DNA of 64,000 nt from a virus (taxonomy: Duplodnaviria; Caudoviricetes), in the IMG/VR virus record IMGVR_UViG_3300028048_000068, positions 72,628 through 136,627 of that record, one strand, 5' to 3'. The notes beneath the pieces were generated by a model that made no database searches, had not been told where the DNA came from, and saw only the letters and a program-made list of their open reading frames with translations. The first letter of the stretch is position 1; every line of letters starts with the position of its first letter. Positions 1-9,960 of this stretch are shown here, in pieces. The translations under genes and the position numbers were made by a program.

Positions 1-871
1 AATCACCAGTTAAATATCCGGTTACCCTACGTAATCTTTGAATGTTCTTAGACCCACACTCTGGACATTCGTTATCAATTTCACCTTGCCAACCACAATC
101 AAGACAAGTATCTGCAGGTACGTTCAAAGCAAAATATGGTATATCTTTATCCATTGCATAGTTAACAATTTGTTCTAAAGCTTCAAGATTTTTTAATACA
201 GCACCTTCAAGCTCAACATAAGTAATACAACCGGCGCTTGAATATCCTGTGAGTTCAGATTCAATATCTATCTTATCAAATGGCGAAATTTCTTTCCATA
301 CAGGTACATGCATTGAGTTGGTGAAGTAATCTCTATCACTGATATTTGGAAGCTTTCCAAAGTCTTCTTGGAACTTCTTCATAGCTGTATAACAAAGATT
401 TTCGGCTGGAGTATAGTATACTCCAAAGTTTAATTTATAAGTTTGCTTAAATTCAGCGCACCTATCTTTGAAAAGTTGTTCAATGCGTTTAGCTAATTGC
501 ATACCTTTTTCTGTAGTATGGTCGCAACCAATAAGAATTTGCAGACATTCAGCTAATCCAAGCTGACCAATTACAATTGTACCATGCTTCAGCGCGGAAC
601 GAATACCCTCTTCTGGTATATATCCCTTCATTGTGCCATTTTCATACATAAACTTTGCGGAGGATGGGCTTTGAGAACATATATACTCAAACCTCTCAAG
701 TAACATATCCTTTGCTTCGTGAATTTTCTCATCAAGTAAAACCATAAAGTCTTCAACATTTCCTGCCTCCATAGCCAAAGTTGGCAAAATTATTGTGACA
801 GGGCAAATATTGCCTCTACCATCCTTGAGTTGTCCGAATCCGTTTATGTCGTATCCGTTAGCAGTTCTACA
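1..871 (-). CDS. nrdD: Anaerobic (class III) ribonucleotide reductase, 3' exon (runs off the window edge)
   Basis: Not in the ORF track. The minus strand from 871 reads CRTANGYDINGFGQLKDGRGNICPVTI... and ends ...CPECGSKNIQRLRRVTGYLTGD (Zn site and glycyl-radical loop). It is in frame with the 5' exon after splicing. Confidence 0.95.
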
Positions 872-1701
872 CGTGTTAACCTAATGTTACCATTAGCACT
901 GACTATATGTTCCACCTTTCGGTGGCCTCGCGCTTGGAGTTAGTGCCTATCTCTAACTCTACTCCCTTACACTCATCAGGGATAGTCGATACACCTTATT
1001 CTTCATAATATTCAAATATCCAAGTATTTTTAAACGGAGATTTAATTTGACCGTTTAATCTAGTAGTAATTGAAGTTTTGCCATTCTTGATTCCACATGC
1101 TTGCGCACAAGCTATAACAGTATCAAAAATGTCAATTTCACCAGTTTTAATATTGGTTCGTTTTACTTTTCGTGCCATTGGATTTTTAGCACCAAGTTTT
1201 GTTTGACGAATTTTATCTTTAATAATATTCATTTCTTCTTTAGTTTTAGATTGATAAGTATTACCGCCACATTTAGAAATAGCATCAGTTTCATTATATC
1301 CTTTATTAACCGAGTCATAAAAACGAATCCAATACTGTTCTTTTTTATTTAACTCATCTTGTGTTTCGGCATTATCAATAACTTGAAGTTTAAAACTTTG
1401 TGGGCCATATTTTCTAATGGCTCTAGCGAAATGAGTATCTAATATGTTATTTAAAGCATCATTAATATGCCTGTTAAACCTATATTCTACAGGACGAGTT
1501 GTTTGTCCTATATAAACTTTATTGTTTTGAATATTTGTTATTATATATATTTCTCCAATAATCATTAATAAGTCTCCTTTTTAATGAATATTATGAAGAA
1601 TCTTGGCACGGTCTCATCCACTAGGGACCTAACCGTTAGCCACTATTGTGACACCCGCGGGCGCGGTTCACGAGGTTTTAGATGGGCTATAGTTTACGCT
1701 T
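872..1701 (-). mobile_element. Group I intron (830 nt) in nrdD carrying a GIY-YIG homing endonuclease
   Basis: The exon ends in U (GGT, 1702) and the intron ends in G (872). P1 is GAUGGGU/GCCCAUC with a U.G wobble. P7 is GACUA (981-989) with AUAUAGUC (901-909). Splicing restores STMG|CRT. Confidence 0.93.
996..1565 (-). CDS. Intron-encoded GIY-YIG homing endonuclease with C-terminal NUMOD-type DNA-binding region
   Basis: GEIYIITN...VYIGQT, catalytic R and E, GYN motif; lies inside the intron. Confidence 0.9.
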   Translation of the reverse strand: MIIGEIYIITNIQNNKVYIGQTTRPVEYRFNRHINDALNNILDTHFARAIRKYGPQSFKLQVIDNAETQDELNKKEQYWIRFYDSVNKGYNETDAISKCGGNTYQSKTKEEMNIIKDKIRQTKLGAKNPMARKVKRTNIKTGEIDIFDTVIACAQACGIKNGKTSITTRLNGQIKSPFKNTWIFEYYEE

Positions 1702-2937
1702 ACCCATCGTTGAGAAATATGTGCTAGGGTCGTTGCGGTCATATCCCGCGTTGCCCGACCAATCTACATTGGCATAGTTTGGATATAAGCGTTTTGCTGT
1801 TGATTCAAGAGCAAGTTTATATAAGTCATAATTTGGGGTACCTGGTTTATCATTGACACCTTTCATATATTGGAAGATTCCACAAGGGAAAATTGCCGTT
1901 TTGTGAAGTTTGCCAACTCCTTTGATTGAGCCTTCGAGAAGAGCTTTAATAATCATGCGGCCCTCTGGAAGTGTGCATGTGCCGTAATTAATTGATGTGA
2001 ATGGTAGCTGATTGCCGCTGCGCGATTGAAGGGTATTAAGGTTATGATACATTCCTTCAACTGCTTGAGCGATTTCTTTTTCTGTCATATCCATGGCATA
2101 TTTATATGCTTTAGACTTTATTTTAAAAATATCATCATCAATGGATAACTCTACCATTGTATAATTATTCCAATAAGAAAAATCTTCTTCAATATAGGTA
2201 AGTCCATCTTTAAAATGCTTATAAAAACTTTTTCTTACATATGGAACCATTGTCCAATCAAGATGTGATGCACTTACTCCACCAAATTGTTGAAGCGACT
2301 GAAGCTGGAACAGAACGGCTACTAACTGAAATGCTGTATTAACTGAATTGGCTGGTCTTACATCTGTTTGTCTTGTGTTAAATCCATTGGCAAGTAAATC
2401 ATCAAATGGAACTGTTAAACAGTTATGCATCCCCAGAATATAAGCATCAAGGTCATGAATATAAATCTCATTATTTAAATGATTATTACGAGCCATTTTT
2501 GAAACAAGATTATCAAGTGCATACTGTTTAAAAATAACCGAATCTGCCTCACCTCTGCGGCCGCCGAATGAGTATTCGTCAACATTAGCATTTTGATTCT
2601 GTACGTCGGTTGCGGCTAGCTTAACAGCGACGCGGTCCATCATTTGCGTATTCCACTCACGTTCACGATTTCTGTCTTGTCTATAACGGATATATGCCCT
2701 TGCCACATCTTTACGTTTTGTAGACATAAGTCCGTTTTCAACCAAGTCTTGAATTTCTTCTACTGTTAAAATTTTATTGTTTTCTTTTTCAATAAAAGTA
2801 GCTATATTATTGGCTTTATCTATTGCATAGGTAGAGATTTCTCCATCAATTTGTTCAAAAGCTTTTAATATAGCATTAACGATTTTGTTTTTATTAAATT
2901 CAACTATTCTTCCGTCTCTTTTTTTAATATATTGCAT
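1702..2937 (-). CDS. nrdD: Anaerobic ribonucleotide reductase, 5' exon with ATP cone
   Basis: IKKRDGRIVEFNKNKI ATP cone, IYIHDLD...HNC, LQSRSGNQLPFTSINYG, YPNY; ends STMG at the splice site. Confidence 0.95.
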
Positions 2938-2965
2938 TTATCCCTCCTAAGTAATTAAAAATATA

Positions 2966-3160
2966 TTAAGGATTGATTTTTTCGCCACAATAAATACAAA
3001 CATCATTTTCATATTTGTGTGGACAAATAGACCTAAGATATTCATTATCTTCCATATACTTTTGTACTTCCGGTTGAAGAATGAATATAGATGGGTCTAT
3101 TAATGACTGGATTTTTTGATTGTTGAAATTAATTTTATCTCTAATTTCGTCACCTGTCAT
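2966..3160 (-). CDS. Hypothetical 64-aa protein with C-terminal C-x-H...CxxC putative metal site
   Basis: ORF with GGAGGTG RBS, overlapping the upstream gene; CPHKYENDVCIYCGE. Confidence 0.7.
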   Translation of the reverse strand: MTGDEIRDKINFNNQKIQSLIDPSIFILQPEVQKYMEDNEYLRSICPHKYENDVCIYCGEKINP

Positions 3161-4268
3161 TTCTTACTTCACCTCCACGATATTCATAAAAGTCTTTGAA
3201 TAAATCATAATTATTTTCTCTTACAAAATTAAAAATCTTTTGTATAGACTCTTTCTCTAATATTGGCTCTTTTATGTGATATTGTTTAATGGCGGCATAA
3301 CAGTAGCTATATAGTGTTTCAAAAGGTTCAACCGTATTGAAGAACGCAGACCTTCTTTTAACTACTAAATGCTGTGTATATCTAGCAATTAATTTCATTA
3401 CGTTTTTCCAGTCATCATCAATGAGAGAGTTCTCATTATATATAAGTGGAAAAACGATATGATAACTTCGTAAATTTATGATGTTGCGAAAAATACGTTG
3501 AATACCACCATTGATTAATTCTTCATTAGTGTAGCAGTTGGTTAAGTCAACAGATAGTTGTTGATAAGCCGCTGAAGTTTGCATTACTTCGGTCATTTCT
3601 GGGATATATGACTCATCTATTAAACCCTGGTGAGTTAGAGAGAAATAGGTTCCCATTGGCTGAAGTTCTAACCAAGATATTAAATCTGTTTTATTGTTTA
3701 CGATGACCGGATACTTCATACCTACTCGGCGGCCAAGCGAATTGGATATCCAATCAGTTAGATTATCTTTAATTAGTACTAATGCGCCATCAACATTGTT
3801 TAAATTATAGTCATGAAATATAATTCCAAAGTTGTCGCTGTCATGCCGAAATTGTTTTTCAAAGTCTTTCCAAACAGTACTTCCATCAAGAGAAAGTCTT
3901 ACATGTTCAGCGCGGCGCATTGTACTTAAAGCATTTTTATTGTAACCGTGTGCCAATTTTGGATTTAAACTACCGTATAATGATATATCGGGTTTCATGC
4001 GCTCTATATCTAATGGAAGTGGCTTATATTTATCTCCGTCGAAGGCGCGGCCGCCATATTCGACGTTCGAATATGTAGGTAACTGCGTATATGGATTATA
4101 GAAGTCTTGACGTACAATAAAATGGTTGTATCGGTTAGGGGAATAGCTGGGCGCTAACCCAACTATTTCCCGTTTGCGTTTGTAATAAGAGGATAATTTC
4201 ATTAGTTCCAAATTATAAAAAGGAATTGGATAGTATGGAAGGTCTGCATCATATAATCCATAACTCAT
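3150..4268 (-). CDS. Degenerate homologue of a phage radical-SAM-like family (no CxxxCxxC)
   Basis: The N-terminus GLYDAD...YNLELMKLSSYYK...YGG...LPLDIERMKPDISLY resembles the family N-terminal region as I recall it; the protein has only 2 Cys. Confidence 0.5.
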   Translation of the reverse strand: MSYGLYDADLPYYPIPFYNLELMKLSSYYKRKREIVGLAPSYSPNRYNHFIVRQDFYNPYTQLPTYSNVEYGGRAFDGDKYKPLPLDIERMKPDISLYGSLNPKLAHGYNKNALSTMRRAEHVRLSLDGSTVWKDFEKQFRHDSDNFGIIFHDYNLNNVDGALVLIKDNLTDWISNSLGRRVGMKYPVIVNNKTDLISWLELQPMGTYFSLTHQGLIDESYIPEMTEVMQTSAAYQQLSVDLTNCYTNEELINGGIQRIFRNIINLRSYHIVFPLIYNENSLIDDDWKNVMKLIARYTQHLVVKRRSAFFNTVEPFETLYSYCYAAIKQYHIKEPILEKESIQKIFNFVRENNYDLFKDFYEYRGGEVRNDR

Positions 4269-5089
4269 TGTTTATCCTCCACCGTCCAATAAAAATCTTT
4301 ATAAGGTTTAGAATCATTCAAGCGGCGCTTAATTCCACATAAAATAGTATTATATTGTACTTCTGGGTGAAACTGGTGAAAATATTCAGCGGCTTCTTTA
4401 ATACTGTTAAATGTGTTTATAAGATTATGGTTTAAATCATATTGCTTAGTGATTCTATTTGAGGTTAAACGCTTACGAAAATCACTAGTATGTATATTAT
4501 TACTTTGCATATATCCTTGAATTGTTGCCTCGGTTGTCCCTAAAATGAAACCTACCTCTTTGACTTTATACCCCTCTTTTAAAAGAGGAATTATTTGGGC
4601 TTTATCATAATCATTATACCCTTTTCTAATTGGATAACTTTGCCCTTGAATGCGCCAAGCTAAGCCATAATTTATACGCCCAATTTGCTCCGCAGACAAA
4701 TTAAACTGTTCTCCAATTTGTTTATAAGTTTTATTGGTGGTTTGTAATTGATTAATAATATTTTTATAACGCTGTGGAATAGATAAGTTGGTATAGTGAG
4801 TCTCTGGTTTGTTAATATTATAGCCATAAGGAAGATAAGCATTATATAAATCTATATAATAATCTTCTTTATAAGGTAATTCATCAATTTCACATTCTTC
4901 TAATATAGAAAATTCAAACTTATCTATTCCATATTTACGAATTGCTCGATATAGAGGATAGTTTTTTGTTTTACTATCGCATCTATGTTGGTTCCATCTA
5001 TTTAAAATATGCTTGCTTTGCCCCACATAATTTTTTCCGTTTACAGTGTTGTGTATTAAATAAATACCAGTAATAATAGTAGTATACAT
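4265..5089 (-). CDS. Free-standing GIY-YIG homing endonuclease with HTH/NUMOD1 C-terminus
   Basis: GIYLIHN...YVGQS...RWNQH, GYN; start overlaps the dnaE stop (TAATG). Confidence 0.88.
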   Translation of the reverse strand: MYTTIITGIYLIHNTVNGKNYVGQSKHILNRWNQHRCDSKTKNYPLYRAIRKYGIDKFEFSILEECEIDELPYKEDYYIDLYNAYLPYGYNINKPETHYTNLSIPQRYKNIINQLQTTNKTYKQIGEQFNLSAEQIGRINYGLAWRIQGQSYPIRKGYNDYDKAQIIPLLKEGYKVKEVGFILGTTEATIQGYMQSNNIHTSDFRKRLTSNRITKQYDLNHNLINTFNSIKEAAEYFHQFHPEVQYNTILCGIKRRLNDSKPYKDFYWTVEDKQ

Positions 5090-8000
5090 TATTCCGCCTC
5101 CGCGCGCTCAGAAGTAGTTTCTATTGTTCCGTCCTCTCGTATATAAGTGATTTTTTCTACTAATGAGTATGGAGTTTTGGAGTATTTTTTAGCTAAAAAA
5201 TTCGTTTCGTCTTTTTTAATTCCAGTTACAATTATTTTATTTCCTCGGCTAAAATAACTTTTTTCAACTACTTTTTTAGTACCATCCGCGCGCCGTATAG
5301 ATATTTGCTTGTCATAATGTGTGAATGCATCACCGAATATCTTTACGGTTACTACGCTATCATTTGTTAATAAGGTAACCGTTTTTTTGTTTTTATCTCT
5401 ATCTAACACCGTTCCCGCAATGCGACAAATTTTAAACATCGGAATTCTTCTTCCATCTTTTGAAGGAAAAGTATAGTCAACTATTGGTTCATTAGGTAAT
5501 TTATTGAAACTACTTATTCCATATAAACTATTTTTAAGCTTTTTTAATTCATGGTCGTGGATATAACATGAAATCGAATCCATTTCCCACTGACTTATGT
5601 TACCTAAACAATATTTGTCCCATAAGTCTTGTCTTAATCTATTGTTTACTTTATTTAATAATTCTTCATTGTTTTTTTGAATAAATGGACGAATTATATC
5701 CATTTGCTTTTTATATATTTTATCCCAATCAGTTTGTTTAATTTGAAATATATATTGAGGTTCAGAACTAACCATTAATAAATCCATATCAAAATTATAT
5801 GAGTAAAAGCCTAATGCTATATCATCTAATCCATATGAATTACCAAATTTAAATTTTTTCAAATACTTATTAAAATTGTAAACTCTACATTGTAAATCGT
5901 ATTCTTCTGGAATCAAGCCAAAGTCAATTAACATCTTCATATTTTGAAGTGTAATACGCTTTTTCTTATCTGCAATCAAATCTATATACACATTCATTGC
6001 TTTTATACGGTCGCCGCCATATAATCCATCGAATGCGCCCGACTTAATCAAATTAATCATCTGCGGTTTATTAATTTTAATTTTACTTAAAAAATCTTCA
6101 ATATTCTTATATGGACGATTCTCCATTATTTGCTTTACAATTTCATCGCCTACTTTTGTAATACCACTTAATCCATATACGATACGATTATTATCTATAT
6201 CTGGCGAAAATGTATATTTTGATTGATTTATATCAGTTGCAACAATTGATACGCCCTCATGACTCATTTTTCCAATAGCTGTAGCAATCTTACCATAGTT
6301 TGCACTTTTTGCTGGTTTCTTTTTGGACTTAGATTCAGATATATCGGATTCATCTTCATCATCGTCATCACTGTCTTCAAATACTCCCATTGATAAGTCA
6401 TAAGTGGTTTCCCCAACATCTTCTCTATCTGTTCCTTCGTCATCATCTTCACTTTCTTTTTCTGCGCCACCGCTATCAGAGATAAGACACGCGCAATCCC
6501 ACAAAATCGTTGGATATTTATATGCAAGATTTAATTCCTGTAATCCAATTAACGAATATGCTAATGTATGTGATAGGTTAAATCCATATCCTTTTGACAT
6601 CGCGATTAATACGTTCCATACATAAGTACATAACTTTTCATCTAAACCTTTTTCTTTTATTGTTTTAAAATACTCATCGGTTAACTTATCATATTCTGCT
6701 GGATTCTTTTTCGCAATTGATTTTCTTAACTTATCCGCCCAAGTCAGATTAAATCCACCTAGCTCTGGGAGCTGAACCAATTGCATGAACTGTTCTTGTG
6801 CAATACACAAACCATATGACGTACTCAATACTGGTTCAAGAATTTCTTTAGCTTCGGCGCCGAGTCCATATTTCTTTAACTCATAATCCCAATCGCTTGG
6901 GTGTGCTTTAAAACGCGCAAGCTTATTAACTGGCATTTCTCCACCCTTTTCTGTCGCCATAAGACGAATTGCAGAGTTGAGAATTGCCAAGTCATCTACT
7001 GATGTTGGTTTCATCGCTGCAATTCCGCTTATTCCAGACTGTTTCTCCATTTGGAATAAACTCATTACCTTATGATTCCAACACATCTCCCACATTTCTT
7101 TACTATCTCTTTCGAGATTGTAAATACCAATTATTTTTTCATATGTTTCTTTTAATGTGGCTTCTCTTTCCTCATAACCATATTCACAAATTAAATCAAT
7201 ACAGTTATGAATTTTATCAAGTGCTTCTACTGAAAGAATATCGTATTTAATAAGTCCTGTATCTTCTGCATCATGAAGGTCGAACTGTGTAATAATTTCG
7301 CCTTTTGGCGCACGCATAAGTGCGGTTGACTCTGTAAACGGTTCATCAACAAAAATTACACCACCTGCGTGGATACCGCAACCATTTATAAGTCCTTCGA
7401 TACCCTGCGCGACTCTCCATACCTCTGGATAATTCTCTTCCATTTCAGTTCTAAACTGAACCGATGCGCTCATTCCGTTGTCTGGGTCACCATAGAATGT
7501 TTGTTTGAGAGTTCGAAGCTGTCCTCTATCTGCTTGGATAAATGAAGATAGATATGCAGCTATATCATTGTCAATTCCAAGACCACGACAAGCTGTTTGA
7601 ATTGCCGACTTTGACTTCTCTGTCTTCAAAGTTAATACGTTCGCAACCCTATCTTCTCCATAAATATTACGGAATGACTTCAATACTTCTGCGCGCCGGC
7701 CGCCCTCGATGTCAATATCTACGTCAAGAACCGATACACGCTCTGGATTTAAGAATCTCCAACGCTTTGTCTGACTCTTTTCTCTTAATGGATTTATCTG
7801 TGTAATACCTAACAGATATAATAATATAAATCCTACTCCTGAGCCTCGGCCGCAACCGACGAGAGTTCCTGCATCCCAACACGCATCAATTATGTTTTGA
7901 AGATTTAAAAAATATGCACTCCATCTACTTCCATTTACTTCTGATGAAATCCATGTATCTTCAAGACACGCATTAATTTCATCTAATGTACGTTTATTTT

Positions 8001-9096
8001 GAAATTCATGATATTTACTTATTTTATATATAATTGCTTCTGCTAAACGACGGTCTTCAGAATACTCTGAATTCCAAAAATTCTTTAAAAAAGGAACCCT
8101 TTCTCCCCAATATGTTATGGCCCAATTCCAATCAAACATATTATACGTTTTCCAATTTAATCTTGGAATTTTTAATGGCTTCATTAACGAATAATCTTCA
8201 CACTTATCTCTAATTTCTTCAATTGTCTGATAAGCTGATTGAAGAACTTCTTCACCCATTTCCTTTTCCATATATTCGCGCACTTCTTCATCACTCATAA
8301 GATAGGTTGTTGCATAGAAATCGTCGACCTCTCTATCTCCTTGTTGTGAGTTTAAAAATGCTTTATGAATTGGTCTATCTGCCTTTTTCAAATAATGGGC
8401 ATCATTCGTTATTATATACTTAATTCCTAACTCTGCGCCCAGCTCAACAAGTTTATGATTCACATAAATCTGGTCTTTATTAAACGATGGCTGCATTTCA
8501 AAATAGAAATCGTCTACTCCAAAAATACTCTGCATCTGTTGAATCCATCTTTTGATTAAATCCATCGAAGGCGCGCCAGTATCTCTATTACGGATAAGCT
8601 GAGTCGGAAGGCATCCTCCCAAACATGCCGTACATCCAATTACATGACCTGGATTAGCTCCAATTATATCAATTAAATCTTGATAATAAGTCGGAACTCT
8701 TCTCATTCCACGAGTTACATAACTCTTCATCCATGCACGCGAAGAGACCTCGCGGATTTGTTTATGTCCCTCAAGGTCTTTTGCAAGTAATATGAAATGA
8801 AAATATCTGTCTGTTTCTTTTTTATAATTTTGATTATTTAATCCGTTTCTTACAAGATAAATTTCGTTTCCTCTAATAAGTTTGAAATTCGGATTATTTT
8901 TCTTGATTTTATTATAATATTTTTCTGCACGAATGTGCGATGCGATTGTGTCGTGTTCGGTAATTGCTACTCCACTATGACCCAATTCGATTGCGTAATC
9001 TATAAGACCCTCGACCGTGTTTATGCTATCGCGCAAACGAAAGTTCGAAAAATCTGTGTGATTATGCAGACTTAAAGGGTATCTTAGTCTATCCAT
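5089..9096 (-). CDS. dnaE: DNA polymerase III alpha subunit (family C)
   Basis: PHP motif HNHTDFS, GRGSG, LDVDID, HAGGV, KYDIL, GYGFNLSH, HhH and OB C-terminus; 1335 aa. Confidence 0.96.
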   Translation of the reverse strand: MDRLRYPLSLHNHTDFSNFRLRDSINTVEGLIDYAIELGHSGVAITEHDTIASHIRAEKYYNKIKKNNPNFKLIRGNEIYLVRNGLNNQNYKKETDRYFHFILLAKDLEGHKQIREVSSRAWMKSYVTRGMRRVPTYYQDLIDIIGANPGHVIGCTACLGGCLPTQLIRNRDTGAPSMDLIKRWIQQMQSIFGVDDFYFEMQPSFNKDQIYVNHKLVELGAELGIKYIITNDAHYLKKADRPIHKAFLNSQQGDREVDDFYATTYLMSDEEVREYMEKEMGEEVLQSAYQTIEEIRDKCEDYSLMKPLKIPRLNWKTYNMFDWNWAITYWGERVPFLKNFWNSEYSEDRRLAEAIIYKISKYHEFQNKRTLDEINACLEDTWISSEVNGSRWSAYFLNLQNIIDACWDAGTLVGCGRGSGVGFILLYLLGITQINPLREKSQTKRWRFLNPERVSVLDVDIDIEGGRRAEVLKSFRNIYGEDRVANVLTLKTEKSKSAIQTACRGLGIDNDIAAYLSSFIQADRGQLRTLKQTFYGDPDNGMSASVQFRTEMEENYPEVWRVAQGIEGLINGCGIHAGGVIFVDEPFTESTALMRAPKGEIITQFDLHDAEDTGLIKYDILSVEALDKIHNCIDLICEYGYEEREATLKETYEKIIGIYNLERDSKEMWEMCWNHKVMSLFQMEKQSGISGIAAMKPTSVDDLAILNSAIRLMATEKGGEMPVNKLARFKAHPSDWDYELKKYGLGAEAKEILEPVLSTSYGLCIAQEQFMQLVQLPELGGFNLTWADKLRKSIAKKNPAEYDKLTDEYFKTIKEKGLDEKLCTYVWNVLIAMSKGYGFNLSHTLAYSLIGLQELNLAYKYPTILWDCACLISDSGGAEKESEDDDEGTDREDVGETTYDLSMGVFEDSDDDDEDESDISESKSKKKPAKSANYGKIATAIGKMSHEGVSIVATDINQSKYTFSPDIDNNRIVYGLSGITKVGDEIVKQIMENRPYKNIEDFLSKIKINKPQMINLIKSGAFDGLYGGDRIKAMNVYIDLIADKKKRITLQNMKMLIDFGLIPEEYDLQCRVYNFNKYLKKFKFGNSYGLDDIALGFYSYNFDMDLLMVSSEPQYIFQIKQTDWDKIYKKQMDIIRPFIQKNNEELLNKVNNRLRQDLWDKYCLGNISQWEMDSISCYIHDHELKKLKNSLYGISSFNKLPNEPIVDYTFPSKDGRRIPMFKICRIAGTVLDRDKNKKTVTLLTNDSVVTVKIFGDAFTHYDKQISIRRADGTKKVVEKSYFSRGNKIIVTGIKKDETNFLAKKYSKTPYSLVEKITYIREDGTIETTSERAEAE

Positions 9097-9131
9097 TCAC
9101 ATTTACTCCTTTTCTTTTATTTTATATTATA

Positions 9132-9160
9132 ATTATATCAGATTTTTATTAATTTGTCAA
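9132..9160 (-). promoter_or_regulatory. SigmaA/sigma70 promoter for dnaE
   Basis: TTGACA-N17-TATAAT with TG extended -10. Confidence 0.85.
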
Positions 9161-9334
9161 ATTAAAATAGTCTTTATATAGAAAATATATTTCTAAATCT
9201 TCTTTTGAAGGATAAATCCAGCCATCGTGTATTCCAATACACAAATATCGTAAATTAGTTTTATATTGAGCTGGCATTGGATAAAATCCACCAAATTCAA
9301 TTGTGGGGTATTTCTTTTTAAATAAGTTAAACAT
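9149..9334 (-). CDS. Hypothetical protein
   Basis: 61-aa ORF in a tightly packed minus-strand series. Confidence 0.55.
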   Translation of the reverse strand: MFNLFKKKYPTIEFGGFYPMPAQYKTNLRYLCIGIHDGWIYPSKEDLEIYFLYKDYFNLTN

Positions 9335-9336
9335 AA

Positions 9337-9564
9337 CTAAAATACCTTTGTCATATAATATAATTCTAAATCTTTTTTAAAATTTTCATATTCAAGTTGT
9401 AATTGTTCTATTTTATTCTTCCATTCTTTAGCTTCATCAATTCTACCTTGTCGATAGCCTTCTTCATAAACTTGACGCAGATGATAACCTTCTTCAAAAG
9501 CTTTATGTAAACCATCTGTAATATTATTTTTATCACAAGTTATTATTGCCATAGCTAACCTCAT
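9337..9564 (-). CDS. Hypothetical protein (EEGYRQGR motif, coiled coil)
   Basis: 75-aa ORF, translationally coupled to the upstream gene. Confidence 0.65.
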   Translation of the reverse strand: MRLAMAIITCDKNNITDGLHKAFEEGYHLRQVYEEGYRQGRIDEAKEWKNKIEQLQLEYENFKKDLELYYMTKVF

Positions 9565-9779
9565 TAATCAGTAATTAATTTTTCTCTTAAAGAAAAATTC
9601 ATAGTATGATATTTTTTATATGTCATATAAATATAGAAATATCCAAATAATGCTCCTACCAATGTTGAATATCCTGCATATAATGGTTGTCCTTGACAGC
9701 AAGCTATTACATAGAATTTACAATCGGTTGGTTTGGTCATATTTAACTGTTTCATAATTAATACCCTGCTTGTTGCCAT
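9564..9779 (-). CDS. Hypothetical small protein with a hydrophobic segment (start uncertain)
   Basis: ORF packed between neighbours; LVGALFGYFYIYM segment. Confidence 0.5.
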   Translation of the reverse strand: MATSRVLIMKQLNMTKPTDCKFYVIACCQGQPLYAGYSTLVGALFGYFYIYMTYKKYHTMNFSLREKLITD

Positions 9780-9958
9780 TTACATTTTGGACATTTATAA
9801 GTATATTGTGGTGGATAACTTGTTAAAACCAAACTCATATTTTTATATATAAAATCTCCACAGTTTGGACATTCTATGTCTGTTTTTATCCATGTTTGAT
9901 TGTCATTAAAAAGAAAATGCTCTCTTTGTCTTTCTGCTTGATAATCATACCAGTTCAT
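9758..9958 (-). CDS. Small zinc-ribbon protein
   Basis: CPNCG...CPKCK. Confidence 0.7.
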   Translation of the reverse strand: MNWYDYQAERQREHFLFNDNQTWIKTDIECPNCGDFIYKNMSLVLTSYPPQYTYKCPKCKWQQAGY

Positions 9959-9960
9959 AA

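Noticed and set aside
6304-6465. Intein in DnaE
   Set aside because: Low-complexity charged loop with no N-terminal splice block, HN-C/S/T end or LAGLIDADG motifs.
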